DNA of 64,000 nucleotides from Candidatus Avelusimicrobium sp. (lineage in GTDB: Bacteria > Elusimicrobiota > Elusimicrobia > Elusimicrobiales > Elusimicrobiaceae), in NCBI GenBank assembly GCA_045593365.1, contig JAZNWO010000060.1, positions 3,350 to 67,349 of the forward strand. Direction: 5' to 3'. Each line of letters begins with the position of its first letter. The stretch's first letter is position 1. A model generated the notes under the pieces. That model had not been told where the DNA came from. It saw only the letters and a list, made by a program, of their open reading frames with translations, and did not search any database. The position numbers and the translations under genes were made by a program. Shown here one piece after another: positions 49,950 through 58,317 of the stretch.

Positions 49950-50083
49950 GTCGTCATCCCCAAGGATAAAAAAGAGCGGTCATCTCCGAGTGTCTCCGTC
50001 GGGGATCTCCCTTATTGGTGTCATTTATTAAATAAAGAAAAAACTCCTTTATTTTATAACGACTCATAAGCAGCATATCCCCC
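49950..50083. repeat. Degenerate CGTC-type REP doublet; core is the reverse complement of the 23599-23730 core
   Basis: Shares GCTTATG..TAAAATAAAGGAGTTTTT..TTATTTAATAAA.GACACC.ATAAGGGAGAT with the 23.6-kb copy, on the opposite strand. Confidence 0.75.
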
Positions 50084-50370
50084 ATGAAAAAAGTATGTAA
50101 ATCTATGGGAACAGAAACTGTCTGTCCTAAAAATAACGGCATTCCGGCAACTTGTTACAAAATGTTGTAAAAAAATCTAAACGGCAGGCACATTGCTACA
50201 CGCAAATATACCGACAAACCCGGTATATTTTTGGTATAATGAATGTAGGTTTATTTTTGGCGGGGCGCAAATTTTTGCAAATCAAAGCTATTCCATCTAT
50301 AAACCCGGGCATTACGCCGCCGGGGATTTTAATCCTTAATTTTGGCGCAAGCCCCACAAGGAGAGTAATA

Positions 50371-51438
50371 ATGAGTAATGTATCCATGAAGTCCATGTTG
50401 GAAGCGGGTGTGCATTTTGGGCACCAAACTTCCCGCTGGAACCCCAAAATGAGCCGCTATATCTTCGGCGAACGCAACGGGGTTCATATCTTAGACCTGC
50501 AAAAAACAGCCAAAGAATTAAAGAAAGCCTACGCTTTTGTGAAAGAGGAATCCAAGAAAGGTTCTAAATTTTTATTTGTCGGCACAAAGAAACAAGCCCA
50601 AGAAGCTATTGCGACCGAGGCAGCCCGCTGCGGAGCTTATTGCATTCATGAAAAATGGCTGGGCGGTACGCTGACCAACTTCCAAACCGTCAAAAAATCT
50701 ATTGAACGTATGAACGAGCTGGAAAAATGGGAAGGCTCCGGTGTTTTCAAAGCTATTTCCAAAAAAGAAGCCAGCCGCTTAACCAAAGAACTCAACCGCT
50801 TACAAAAGTTACTCGGCGGCATCCGCGACATGAAGGTATTGCCAGACGTAGTATTTGTCATTGACCCGGTGGACACCGCTGGCGCAATCCGCGAAAGCCG
50901 CGTCCTGGGTATCCCCGTGGTTGCTGTGTGCGATACCAATTCCGATCCGGATTTAATTAACTGGCCTATTCCCGGTAACGACGATGCCGCACGTTCTATT
51001 AAACTGTTCTGCGCTGCAATTGCTGATGCAGTATTAGAGGGCCGCGCCGAAGTAGAACCCAAGCAAGCCGCTCCCGCTACCGAGGCAGAGGAAGGCGAAA
51101 AAGCCCCGGTCAATCCGGCGATGGCCAATGCCTTTGAAAGCGCCATGCTCGCCAGTGAAAAAACCGAAGAAAAAGCTGCCGTACAAGCAGATATTAAAGC
51201 GGAAGTAGCTGCTGCCGAAGAGGCTGCTGATTTAGTGGAAAAAGCCGAAAAAGCAGAAGCTCCGAAAGCCAAAAAAACGGTTGCAAAAAAAACAACGGCG
51301 GCCAAAAAGCCGGCTGCTAAAAAAGCCGTAAAAGCGGAAAAAGAAGAACCGGCTGAGAAAAAAGCTGCTGCCAAAAAAACAACGGCGGCCAAAAAGCCGG
51401 CTGCCAAAAAAACCGCTGCTAAAAAAGCAGACAAATAA
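50371..51438 (+). CDS. rpsB: 30S ribosomal protein S2 with long Ala/Lys-rich C-terminal tail
   Basis: [19 protein letters not shown] and [10 protein letters not shown] motifs. Confidence 0.97.
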   Translation: MSNVSMKSMLEAGVHFGHQTSRWNPKMSRYIFGERNGVHILDLQKTAKELKKAYAFVKEESKKGSKFLFVGTKKQAQEAIATEAARCGAYCIHEKWLGGTLTNFQTVKKSIERMNELEKWEGSGVFKAISKKEASRLTKELNRLQKLLGGIRDMKVLPDVVFVIDPVDTAGAIRESRVLGIPVVAVCDTNSDPDLINWPIPGNDDAARSIKLFCAAIADAVLEGRAEVEPKQAAPATEAEEGEKAPVNPAMANAFESAMLASEKTEEKAAVQADIKAEVAAAEEAADLVEKAEKAEAPKAKKTVAKKTTAAKKPAAKKAVKAEKEEPAEKKAAAKKTTAAKKPAAKKTAAKKADK

Positions 51439-51495
51439 TTTATAACCGCTGGGGGCCGCACATACGCCCCCCTTATTTAAGAGTTAGGAGAAAAT

Positions 51496-52317
51496 ATGTC
51501 CTTAGCTGAAGATATTAAAACCTTACGTGAAAAAACAGGCGCAGGCCTCATGGCTTGCAAAAAAGCCCTGGAAGAAAACAATAATGACATGGAGCAAGCC
51601 ATTGTCTACTTGCGCAAAAAAGGCTTGGCTGATTTAGCCAAACGCGCTGACCGTGCTACCAAAGAAGGCCGCGTGTCCGTTAAAACGGACGGCAAACATT
51701 TTGCCATGGCCTATTTGGGTTGCGAAACTGATTTCGTGGCTAAAACGCCGGACTTCATTGGTCTGGCCGATGCGATTGCAGATTATGTGCTGCAACATCC
51801 GGAAATCAAGGATTACACCTCCGATGAAACCATCAAAAATATGATTGTGGAAAAAGCCCCGAAATTCGGTGAAAATACCACCTTTAAGGGAGCATACAAC
51901 TGGACTGCTGCCGACGGTAACGTAATCGCGTCCTATGTACACTCGGACAACAAAAAAGCCTCTTTATTGGAATTAGCCGCTAACGGCGCCGATGCCGCCA
52001 AAGCCACCGAAATTGCCCGCGGTTTGGCGATGCACACCGTCGGTATGCAAAGTATGTGGGTCAAGGCAGAAGACATCCCGCAAGCCGATAAAGATAAAGA
52101 ATTAGACATTTACCGCACGCAGGCCAAAAATGAAGGCAAATCTGACGAAATGATTGAAAAAATGTTGCCGGGCAAACTCAAAAAGTTCGCCAAGGAAACT
52201 TGTCTCTTGGAACAACCTACCATTAAGGACAATAAGAAAACTGTTGCTACTTATTTGGAGGAAGAATCCAAGGCCCTAGGCGGAGAATTAAAAGTAGTAC
52301 GTTTTGTACGCTTCTAA
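51496..52317 (+). CDS. tsf: Elongation factor Ts
   Basis: LREKTGAGLMACKKAL and ETDFVAK motifs. Confidence 0.97.
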   Translation: MSLAEDIKTLREKTGAGLMACKKALEENNNDMEQAIVYLRKKGLADLAKRADRATKEGRVSVKTDGKHFAMAYLGCETDFVAKTPDFIGLADAIADYVLQHPEIKDYTSDETIKNMIVEKAPKFGENTTFKGAYNWTAADGNVIASYVHSDNKKASLLELAANGADAAKATEIARGLAMHTVGMQSMWVKAEDIPQADKDKELDIYRTQAKNEGKSDEMIEKMLPGKLKKFAKETCLLEQPTIKDNKKTVATYLEEESKALGGELKVVRFVRF

Positions 52318-52454
52318 TTGACAGCCCCTCGAAAGAGGGGCTTTTTTCTGCTCTGGTTTTTGTTTGGCAAGCCAGCGCAGGAAAAAGTCCCCCTATTCAA
52401 AATACGCATAACGGACTTTATTTTAGTACAATAAGAAAAACATACGGAGGCATT

Positions 52455-53177
52455 ATGGCAAGCAAAAAATCCAGCAAAAAAAGAATTCTACTTAAACTTT
52501 CTGGAGAGGCACTGAGTAAGGACGGACACCGCGGTGTCAGTGCTGCCTCGCTTAAAGCTATTGCCGAAGAAATCGCCCACGTGCACAAAAGTACTAACTG
52601 CCAATTGGCTATCGTTATCGGCGGTGGAAATATTTGGCGCGGCGTGCGCGACGGCGGCGGCGTAATTGACCGCGTTAACTCCGACAGCATGGGTATGTTG
52701 GCCACCGTCATTAATGCGATTGCCCTGCAGTCTGCACTGGAGGAGGCCGGAGCCCCCACCCGCGTACAAACCTCTGTGAACATTTATCAAATGGCCGAAC
52801 CTTTTGTGCGCCGCCGCGCCTTGCGGCATTTGGAAAAAGGCCGCATTGTCATTTTCGCAGGAGGTACAGGTAATCCCTATTTCACCACCGACAGTGCCGC
52901 TGCCTTGCGCGCATCCGAAATTGGCGCACACGTGCTCTTAAAAGCTACACAAGTAGACGGTGTGTACGACAGCGACCCCAAGAAAAATCCCAAAGCCAAA
53001 CGCATCAAAAAGATTTCCTACAAAGAAGCCATTGAAAAACGCTTGCAGTTTATGGACACCGCCGCACTGGCCATTTGTATGGAAAACCAAGTGCCTGTGC
53101 AAGTATTTAATTTGCACAAAAAAGGCAACATCAAACGCGCGGTGCTCGGCGAAGATATCGGCACACTAATTTATTAA
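52455..53177 (+). CDS. pyrH: UMP kinase
   Basis: LLKLSGEAL, GGGNIWRG and GTGNPYFTTDSAA motifs. Confidence 0.97.
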   Translation: MASKKSSKKRILLKLSGEALSKDGHRGVSAASLKAIAEEIAHVHKSTNCQLAIVIGGGNIWRGVRDGGGVIDRVNSDSMGMLATVINAIALQSALEEAGAPTRVQTSVNIYQMAEPFVRRRALRHLEKGRIVIFAGGTGNPYFTTDSAAALRASEIGAHVLLKATQVDGVYDSDPKKNPKAKRIKKISYKEAIEKRLQFMDTAALAICMENQVPVQVFNLHKKGNIKRAVLGEDIGTLIY

Positions 53178-53201
53178 AATTATTTTTCGTGAGAGGAAAC
53201 T

Positions 53202-53765
53202 ATGGAAGCAGTTAACGAATTTATTAACAAAGGCAAAAACGAAATGACTGAACACGTGGCCAAACTGCAAAAAGATTTAGCCACCATCCGCACGGGCCGC
53301 GCCAGCGCGCAGCTGCTGGAAAATGTGCGTGTAGATTACTACGGCACCCCGACGCCGATTAAACAAATGGCCCTTATCAATGTATTAGATGCTAAGACGT
53401 TGGAAATCCAGCCGTGGGACATTTCCTCGTTAAATGAAATTGACAAAGCACTGCAAAAAGCAGACCTCGGCGCCAGCCCGGTCAACGACGGAAAAGTCAT
53501 TCGGATTACCTTGCCTTCTATGACCGAAGACCGCCGCAAACTCTTGGCCAAAAACATTTCCAAGATGAGCGAAGATTTTAAAGTAGCGGTACGCAACACC
53601 CGCCGCGATATTTTGGAAAAAGTCAAAAAAGCGCAAAAATCCGGCGAAGTGACCGAGGACGATTTGAAACGCTACGAAGCCGACGTGCAAAAAGCAACCG
53701 ATGCCAATATCGCACAGATTGATAAACTGGTAGCTGAAAAAGAAGCAGAAATTATGAAAGTGTGA
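53202..53765 (+). CDS. frr: Ribosome recycling factor
   Basis: IRTGRAS, VDYYGTPTP and KVAVRNTRRD motifs. Confidence 0.97.
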   Translation: MEAVNEFINKGKNEMTEHVAKLQKDLATIRTGRASAQLLENVRVDYYGTPTPIKQMALINVLDAKTLEIQPWDISSLNEIDKALQKADLGASPVNDGKVIRITLPSMTEDRRKLLAKNISKMSEDFKVAVRNTRRDILEKVKKAQKSGEVTEDDLKRYEADVQKATDANIAQIDKLVAEKEAEIMKV

Positions 53766-53778
53766 GGTTGTAATTTAA

Positions 53779-53817
53779 TAAAATCCCCCCGCACTTATGT
53801 TTAGGTGCGGGGGTTTT
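53779..53817. terminator. Bidirectional terminator (frr / pilin)
   Basis: CCCCCGCAC..GTGCGGGGG with A/T flanks. Confidence 0.75.
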
Positions 53818-53833
53818 GCACAAAGTATTAATA

Positions 53834-54328
53834 TCAACATTCTGATTGGCTATATCCAAACGATTCCAAACCATAAGAATCTATGGAAACATTACAGCTG
53901 CCATACTGCTTGTCTTTACGTGTCGGATATATTGTGGACTTTAACCAATAATCAGGAGCTCTCGTATATCCGCTTTTCCGTCTTTGTTCTACGACTGCGT
54001 AGCATTCGGAACTAACACAGCTCATGTAAATACATATTTTCTTACTAGTGTCACAAGGCCAGCCAAGGCTGTCATTCTTTGTAAAGGATGAATAATTCAG
54101 ACTTAAGAGATCCCATAAATCATCAGTATTCATTTGAGAGGACGGATATCCGTTCTCCAGGACATACACCTCCAGGGCCTTTTCTAATGACGAGACCATT
54201 TGTAACATTTCACTCACACGGCTTTTTTCCACGGCTTTAGTATACTGTGGCAACGCAACGGCGGCCAGAATACCGATAATTAAAACAACCACTAACAGCT
54301 CTATAAGCGTGAATGCACGACTTTTCAT
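53834..54328 (-). CDS. Type IV pilin-like protein (short leader); only copy with a 17-bp promoter spacer
   Basis: [29 protein letters not shown]; AGGAGG RBS. Confidence 0.92.
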   Translation of the reverse strand: MKSRAFTLIELLVVVLIIGILAAVALPQYTKAVEKSRVSEMLQMVSSLEKALEVYVLENGYPSSQMNTDDLWDLLSLNYSSFTKNDSLGWPCDTSKKICIYMSCVSSECYAVVEQRRKSGYTRAPDYWLKSTIYPTRKDKQYGSCNVSIDSYGLESFGYSQSEC

Positions 54329-54363
54329 ATACTTTCCTCCTTTTTTTATTCCAACATAAGAAA

Positions 54364-54392
54364 AGTGTACCAAAAAAAAAAAAACAAGTCAA
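54364..54392 (-). promoter_or_regulatory. Poly-T spacer promoter P8: TTGACT-TG-T13-GG-TACACT (17-bp spacer)
   Basis: Read directly. Confidence 0.8.
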
Positions 54393-54429
54393 GGGGTAGG
54401 GACACCTTTTTTATCACTTAACAACTATT

Positions 54430-54466
54430 AAAAAAATACCCCAGACAGATTTTCAACCGGGGTATT
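54430..54466 (-). terminator. Terminator ending the prophage late/lysis transcript
   Basis: AATACCCC..GGGGTATT stem followed by a T-run on the minus strand. Confidence 0.6.
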
Positions 54467-54479
54467 ACACAACAAAACT

Positions 54480-54665
54480 TTAATTTCCGCACGCGGCTTT
54501 CCACACCGACAACGCACGTAAATTAGATACATTTAATTGTTCCAAACCAGGATCTTGATAATCAAAATAAATCCGGCACAAAGCTGGTTTATTTGTCCGT
54601 ACGGTGGCGCAACTGCTTAAGCAGTTCATCACGGTCAGCCCTAGCATAACGGCGCCGTATTTCAT
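54480..54665 (-). CDS. Putative o-spanin (Rz1-like lipoprotein)
   Basis: Lipobox LSSC; overlaps the 3' end of the Rz-like gene in another frame; start approximate. Confidence 0.6.
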   Translation of the reverse strand: MKYGAVMLGLTVMNCLSSCATVRTNKPALCRIYFDYQDPGLEQLNVSNLRALSVWKAACGN

Positions 54666-54795
54666 CCATTTTGGCATTTTCCTGCTCCTGCATTTGAAAG
54701 TATTTCCGGGTGGCAGCATTTTGTCCGGCACGGTATCCTGCCATACTGCAGCCCCCGGCAAACAACATCCCTAACAAAAACATCCACCCTGCCAT
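54589..54795 (-). CDS. Putative i-spanin (Rz-like)
   Basis: N-terminal TM followed by a charged helix; directly after the holin. Confidence 0.6.
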   Translation of the reverse strand: MAGWMFLLGMLFAGGCSMAGYRAGQNAATRKYFQMQEQENAKMDEIRRRYARADRDELLKQLRHRTDK

Positions 54796-54986
54796 TAATT
54801 TCCTTTCTTCCCGATAAAGCTGCCGTCTGCATTGCAAAGACTCAGGGCCGATAAGATTTTGATAATTTTTGTTAAAACAGTATCGTCCTTTGCCGTCGGA
54901 GTTAGCTTGACAATCAATGTTGCCGCCGCCACTACTGCTCCTAAAATCTCCAACAATTCGCCGCTATGTTCCATGATATATTTCAT
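54795..54986 (-). CDS. Putative holin
   Basis: 63 aa, ILGAVVAAATLIVKLTPTAKDD pattern; ATGA overlap with the endolysin. Confidence 0.7.
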   Translation of the reverse strand: MKYIMEHSGELLEILGAVVAAATLIVKLTPTAKDDTVLTKIIKILSALSLCNADGSFIGKKGN

Positions 54987-55399
54987 TTGATTTCTCCTTG
55001 TTTCATAATATCTGCCAGCTCCGTTGCGCGGGTCTTTACCTGACTGGCCCACTTACTAGCAAGCATTTCTTTTGCGGCCCGGTTATAAGCACCTACTTCT
55101 AAGGCCGCTAACATCTTTTTAAAAGTTTTCATTCTCGTAATTCCCAAATTAAAACACATATCTATAACCACCGCTTGCCTAGCTTCGTTTAGTTTGTTCC
55201 AAAACGGGAACTTCACACACGCTGCGTAGCAGGCTTGGATATCGTTATGGAACATTTGCTCGGCTTCTGCTTCACTAATACCGTTATCCTCCAAATTACG
55301 CCCATAACCTATCGTTAGTTTGCCGGCGCTACATTTATAGGGCCGCAAGCGCAATCCCTCGTGTTTCTTTAGCAAGGTTGCTACGGGCTCTATATACAT
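54983..55399 (-). CDS. Phage endolysin (T4-type/GH24 lysozyme)
   Basis: HEGLRLRPYKCSAGKLTIGYGRNL, MCFNLG and SKWASQV motifs. Confidence 0.9.
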   Translation of the reverse strand: MYIEPVATLLKKHEGLRLRPYKCSAGKLTIGYGRNLEDNGISEAEAEQMFHNDIQACYAACVKFPFWNKLNEARQAVVIDMCFNLGITRMKTFKKMLAALEVGAYNRAAKEMLASKWASQVKTRATELADIMKQGEIK

Positions 55400-55593
55400 T
55401 AGTTTCCCCCGTTTAAATGGTTTTCTACTGTTACTTCCAACACACGCGTACGCTCCTGCAGGTTGTTGTACTTATCCTGTTTTCTCTCAAGTCGCGCAAT
55501 ATCTTTCTGTATGGACTCCAATTTGGCCCACACTACTCCGGCAGCGAAAACCAAACCGAGAATTTTCCAAACCGTTTCAGGGTCTATGTTCAT
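55399..55593 (-). CDS. Small TM/coiled-coil phage protein (holin-like/XhlA-like)
   Basis: One TM segment, then IARLERKQDKYNNLQER. Confidence 0.6.
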   Translation of the reverse strand: MNIDPETVWKILGLVFAAGVVWAKLESIQKDIARLERKQDKYNNLQERTRVLEVTVENHLNGGN

Positions 55594-55841
55594 ACAAGTG
55601 TATTCTCTAACGGAGAGTATGCCAGCCCATAGGCTGCGGCAGCTGCTTGTTCACTTTCAAACTCATCCCAGCCTTTGTTGATGACTACTCGTTGAGCCAT
55701 AATCGGGTTGCCTTCTGCGTCCACTTCTCCCGTGTCGTAGCTTTCCATACTTTCGGTGCGCTGGCAAGACAAGATTTCATATCGTTTGCCGTCTTGTCCG
55801 ATATACTTTCCTTCCTCGTTTATTTGTTTTTGAAATACCAT
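55590..55841 (-). CDS. Hypothetical phage protein
   Basis: 83-aa ORF with AAGGAG RBS, overlapping the next gene. Confidence 0.65.
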   Translation of the reverse strand: MVFQKQINEEGKYIGQDGKRYEILSCQRTESMESYDTGEVDAEGNPIMAQRVVINKGWDEFESEQAAAAAYGLAYSPLENTLV

Positions 55842-55901
55842 ACTTAGCTCCTTTTATTGAAAAATGCTATACTACACTAAGGTCACAACTCGTGATATCA
55901 A

Positions 55902-56441
55902 ATGTTTATGAAAAATGCTATTATCCCCAGTGAAAAACAAATTTTGACTTTACGCGGCCTGCCGGTTATGTTAGACAGCGAGTTAGCCGCTATGTACCAG
56001 GTTCCGACCAAGGTACTTAACCAGGCGGTCAAACGCAATATAGAACGGTTCCCGCCTGATTTTATGTTCCGCCTTACCAAGACAGAGTGGCAAGATTTAA
56101 GGTCACAAAATGTGACCTTTAAATCAGACGTCCGAAAATATACACCTTATGCTTTTACAGAACAAGGGGTTGCTATGCTTTCCAGCGTCTTAAAAAGTCC
56201 TACTGCCATTGCCGTTAATATCCAAATTATGCGGGTATTTGTCCGTGTGAGGCAACTATCTTTGCAAGCAAATAAACAAGTAGACATAGCTACCCTCAAA
56301 CAAGCGCTGCTGATGCACATTAAACAAACAAAACAACGTTTTGACCATACGCAAGAACAAATAAATTCCGTCGTAGAAGTCATCAACGAAATGTTAGAAA
56401 GTACCCAGCCGAAACCTATCCGCAAAATTGGTTTCAAATAA
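55902..56441 (+). CDS. ORF6N-domain DNA-binding protein
   Basis: LRGLPVMLDSELAAMYQVPTKVLNQAVKRNIERFPPDFMFRLT..PYAFTEQGVAMLSSVL. Confidence 0.9.
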   Translation: MFMKNAIIPSEKQILTLRGLPVMLDSELAAMYQVPTKVLNQAVKRNIERFPPDFMFRLTKTEWQDLRSQNVTFKSDVRKYTPYAFTEQGVAMLSSVLKSPTAIAVNIQIMRVFVRVRQLSLQANKQVDIATLKQALLMHIKQTKQRFDHTQEQINSVVEVINEMLESTQPKPIRKIGFK

Positions 56442-56493
56442 CATTTTTCAAAGAACACCGGGCGGGAGCTTGTACAAAAGCCCCCGCTCTTTT

Positions 56494-58317
56494 TTATGCT
56501 ACCGTCAGACTCCAGCCTTTGTTCAAGGCGATATTTTTGTCATCCTGCGTCAAATCCGCCGTGCCTGTGCAGCCCACTACAGAACAGGTTTTGGTCATAG
56601 CTTCAGCACCGCGGAACAACGTTACACCATTTACTTTAATGTAGGTATTGTTGAGGTCAATAGTGCCGTCTAATGCGGAATATGAAGTATTAATATACCC
56701 CAACGTGACGATATCTGCTCTATCACGCGGGCTTTCTTGCTGCAGCACCGGAGTCGTATAGTTTATCCCATCGGTAGATAAGGACAATCCCACCTCTGTC
56801 CCGTCATAGGTCAATTTACCCCAGTATTTTGTATTCTCTGATAAAGCGGTAGATTCGGTAATCCATTTGTTAGAACCAATTGAATATCTAACAGATAACT
56901 TCGAATTCCCAATATGGAAAAAAGCGTCTGCTATCCTGGCTACTGCTATGCCGTCAGTACCTGAGACAGCTGTTACTGAGTTAGGCGTAAAACAAACTAC
57001 GTATTCAAACGGAGCGGAATTATTTATACTTTGTGTTAATTGCAAATAGTTACTTTCACTAAACCCACTAGCCACTCCATTTGTAATCGTCGGACTACCT
57101 ACTACTGTATACCCCACATTATACGGCATACTCTTAAACAGGTTGACCAGAGCTGCACGGTCCAACCCTGTATAAGACACGTTAATTTGCGGGCTGGCTC
57201 CGTCAAACGGTGCTTCGTTGGACACCACTAGTCCCTTTACTCCCGTGCAGAAAGCGCTTGAAGTGCCATAAACACGTACCACTTTCTTTGTGTCGTCAAA
57301 AGACAAATCAAGGAAAGTATCTTCCAACGAAGTTAAATTTCGTATTAAGACCTGTTGACCTTTTTTATTTGAAATGGGCGGTAAACTTTTTAGCGTGGGC
57401 AAGATTCCCACCGAATTTAACGATTGAATGCCTGAAACAAAAGCAATTGCTTTATCTGTTTCTATCCTCTCTACCTTAGAATTAGCTAAAAAATATAATC
57501 CATTCGGTTTTAAATTGGATAATTTCAATTTTTTGACTTTAGTTCCGTAAAAAGAAAGATATCCACCAGACTCATGTTCTCCGTCAGAAGCTAACGTGGG
57601 AATCTGCACTAAAGAACTACTGTGCGCAAACATACTATAAAAACCGCTTTCAGATATATCACTGGAAGTTATAAGCGTAATCTTATTATCTTTTGCTGTT
57701 ACTGCTTCCAAAAGCGGACTCGCAAGCGAGCTCTCCGTTCCTGCGAAATGAGTACAACGAATGGTATTGTCTAACTCAAAATGCGCCCATAAACAGCCTT
57801 GATTACGTTGTCCGGAAATCGGATTAATGCTAATTTTCGTTAAAGTGTCCGTGCTGACCGTCGGCGTCACCCGTACCACGTGCGTGCGTAACGCCGCAGG
57901 ATGCGTTACATCCCGACCAGAAGTCAAAGCCAACGTCTGCCAATCTAACGTGGTCGCAGTTGCGCTAGCGGTAGTAGCTTGTTTCACACCGTCTACATAT
58001 ACGTCATAAGTATTGGCGTCCGTACTTACTCTAGCCCCTACGGAAAATTTCGGATAAGAAGAATAATCTGCACTATGTCCGACGAGAAAATACACAGAGT
58101 TATCCAGCGCCCCGCTGCGCAAGTCTATCCAGTCCGAAGGTTTTTGCCACTCATTATCTTCGTCACGAAAATAAGCTAGTGAATTGTACGCAGTGGTACC
58201 ATCACCGATTTTCATTTTGTGCGTGTCGGTTTCTAAGGCCCACTCTCCGGTCAGCAAAGTAGGATTGACACTTTTCCAATTGGCCGAAGTGTCACGGCGC
58301 ATTTGAATTTTAGGCAT
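56494..58317 (-). CDS. Tail fibre / receptor-binding protein with Mtd-N-like N-terminus
   Basis: KIQMRRDTSANWKSVNPTLLTGEWALETDTHKMKIGDG; GGAGG RBS 8 nt upstream. Confidence 0.8.
   Translation of the reverse strand: MPKIQMRRDTSANWKSVNPTLLTGEWALETDTHKMKIGDGTTAYNSLAYFRDEDNEWQKPSDWIDLRSGALDNSVYFLVGHSADYSSYPKFSVGARVSTDANTYDVYVDGVKQATTASATATTLDWQTLALTSGRDVTHPAALRTHVVRVTPTVSTDTLTKISINPISGQRNQGCLWAHFELDNTIRCTHFAGTESSLASPLLEAVTAKDNKITLITSSDISESGFYSMFAHSSSLVQIPTLASDGEHESGGYLSFYGTKVKKLKLSNLKPNGLYFLANSKVERIETDKAIAFVSGIQSLNSVGILPTLKSLPPISNKKGQQVLIRNLTSLEDTFLDLSFDDTKKVVRVYGTSSAFCTGVKGLVVSNEAPFDGASPQINVSYTGLDRAALVNLFKSMPYNVGYTVVGSPTITNGVASGFSESNYLQLTQSINNSAPFEYVVCFTPNSVTAVSGTDGIAVARIADAFFHIGNSKLSVRYSIGSNKWITESTALSENTKYWGKLTYDGTEVGLSLSTDGINYTTPVLQQESPRDRADIVTLGYINTSYSALDGTIDLNNTYIKVNGVTLFRGAEAMTKTCSVVGCTGTADLTQDDKNIALNKGWSLTVA

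Noticed and set aside
22351-51461. Long antisense or overlapping ORFs (e.g. 22351-22914, 43003-43812, 18603-19271, 50646-51461)
   Set aside because: These are shadows of confident genes on the opposite strand, explained by codon bias or low complexity, with no RBS or motifs.
23794-54373. Extended N-termini in the ORF track (23794, 38986, 38967, 49911, 50152, 54373)
   Set aside because: They run through promoter tracts or UTRs. Downstream starts with good RBS and family-typical N-termini were used instead.
9417-54392. Neisseria-style silent pilS cassettes or a G4 motif
   Set aside because: All pilin genes are full length with start, RBS or promoter, and methylation helix. No (GGG-N)4 motif was seen upstream.
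56494-58317. Diversity-generating retroelement targeting the Mtd-like fibre
   Set aside because: No reverse transcriptase and no TR/VR repeat pair seen in the window.
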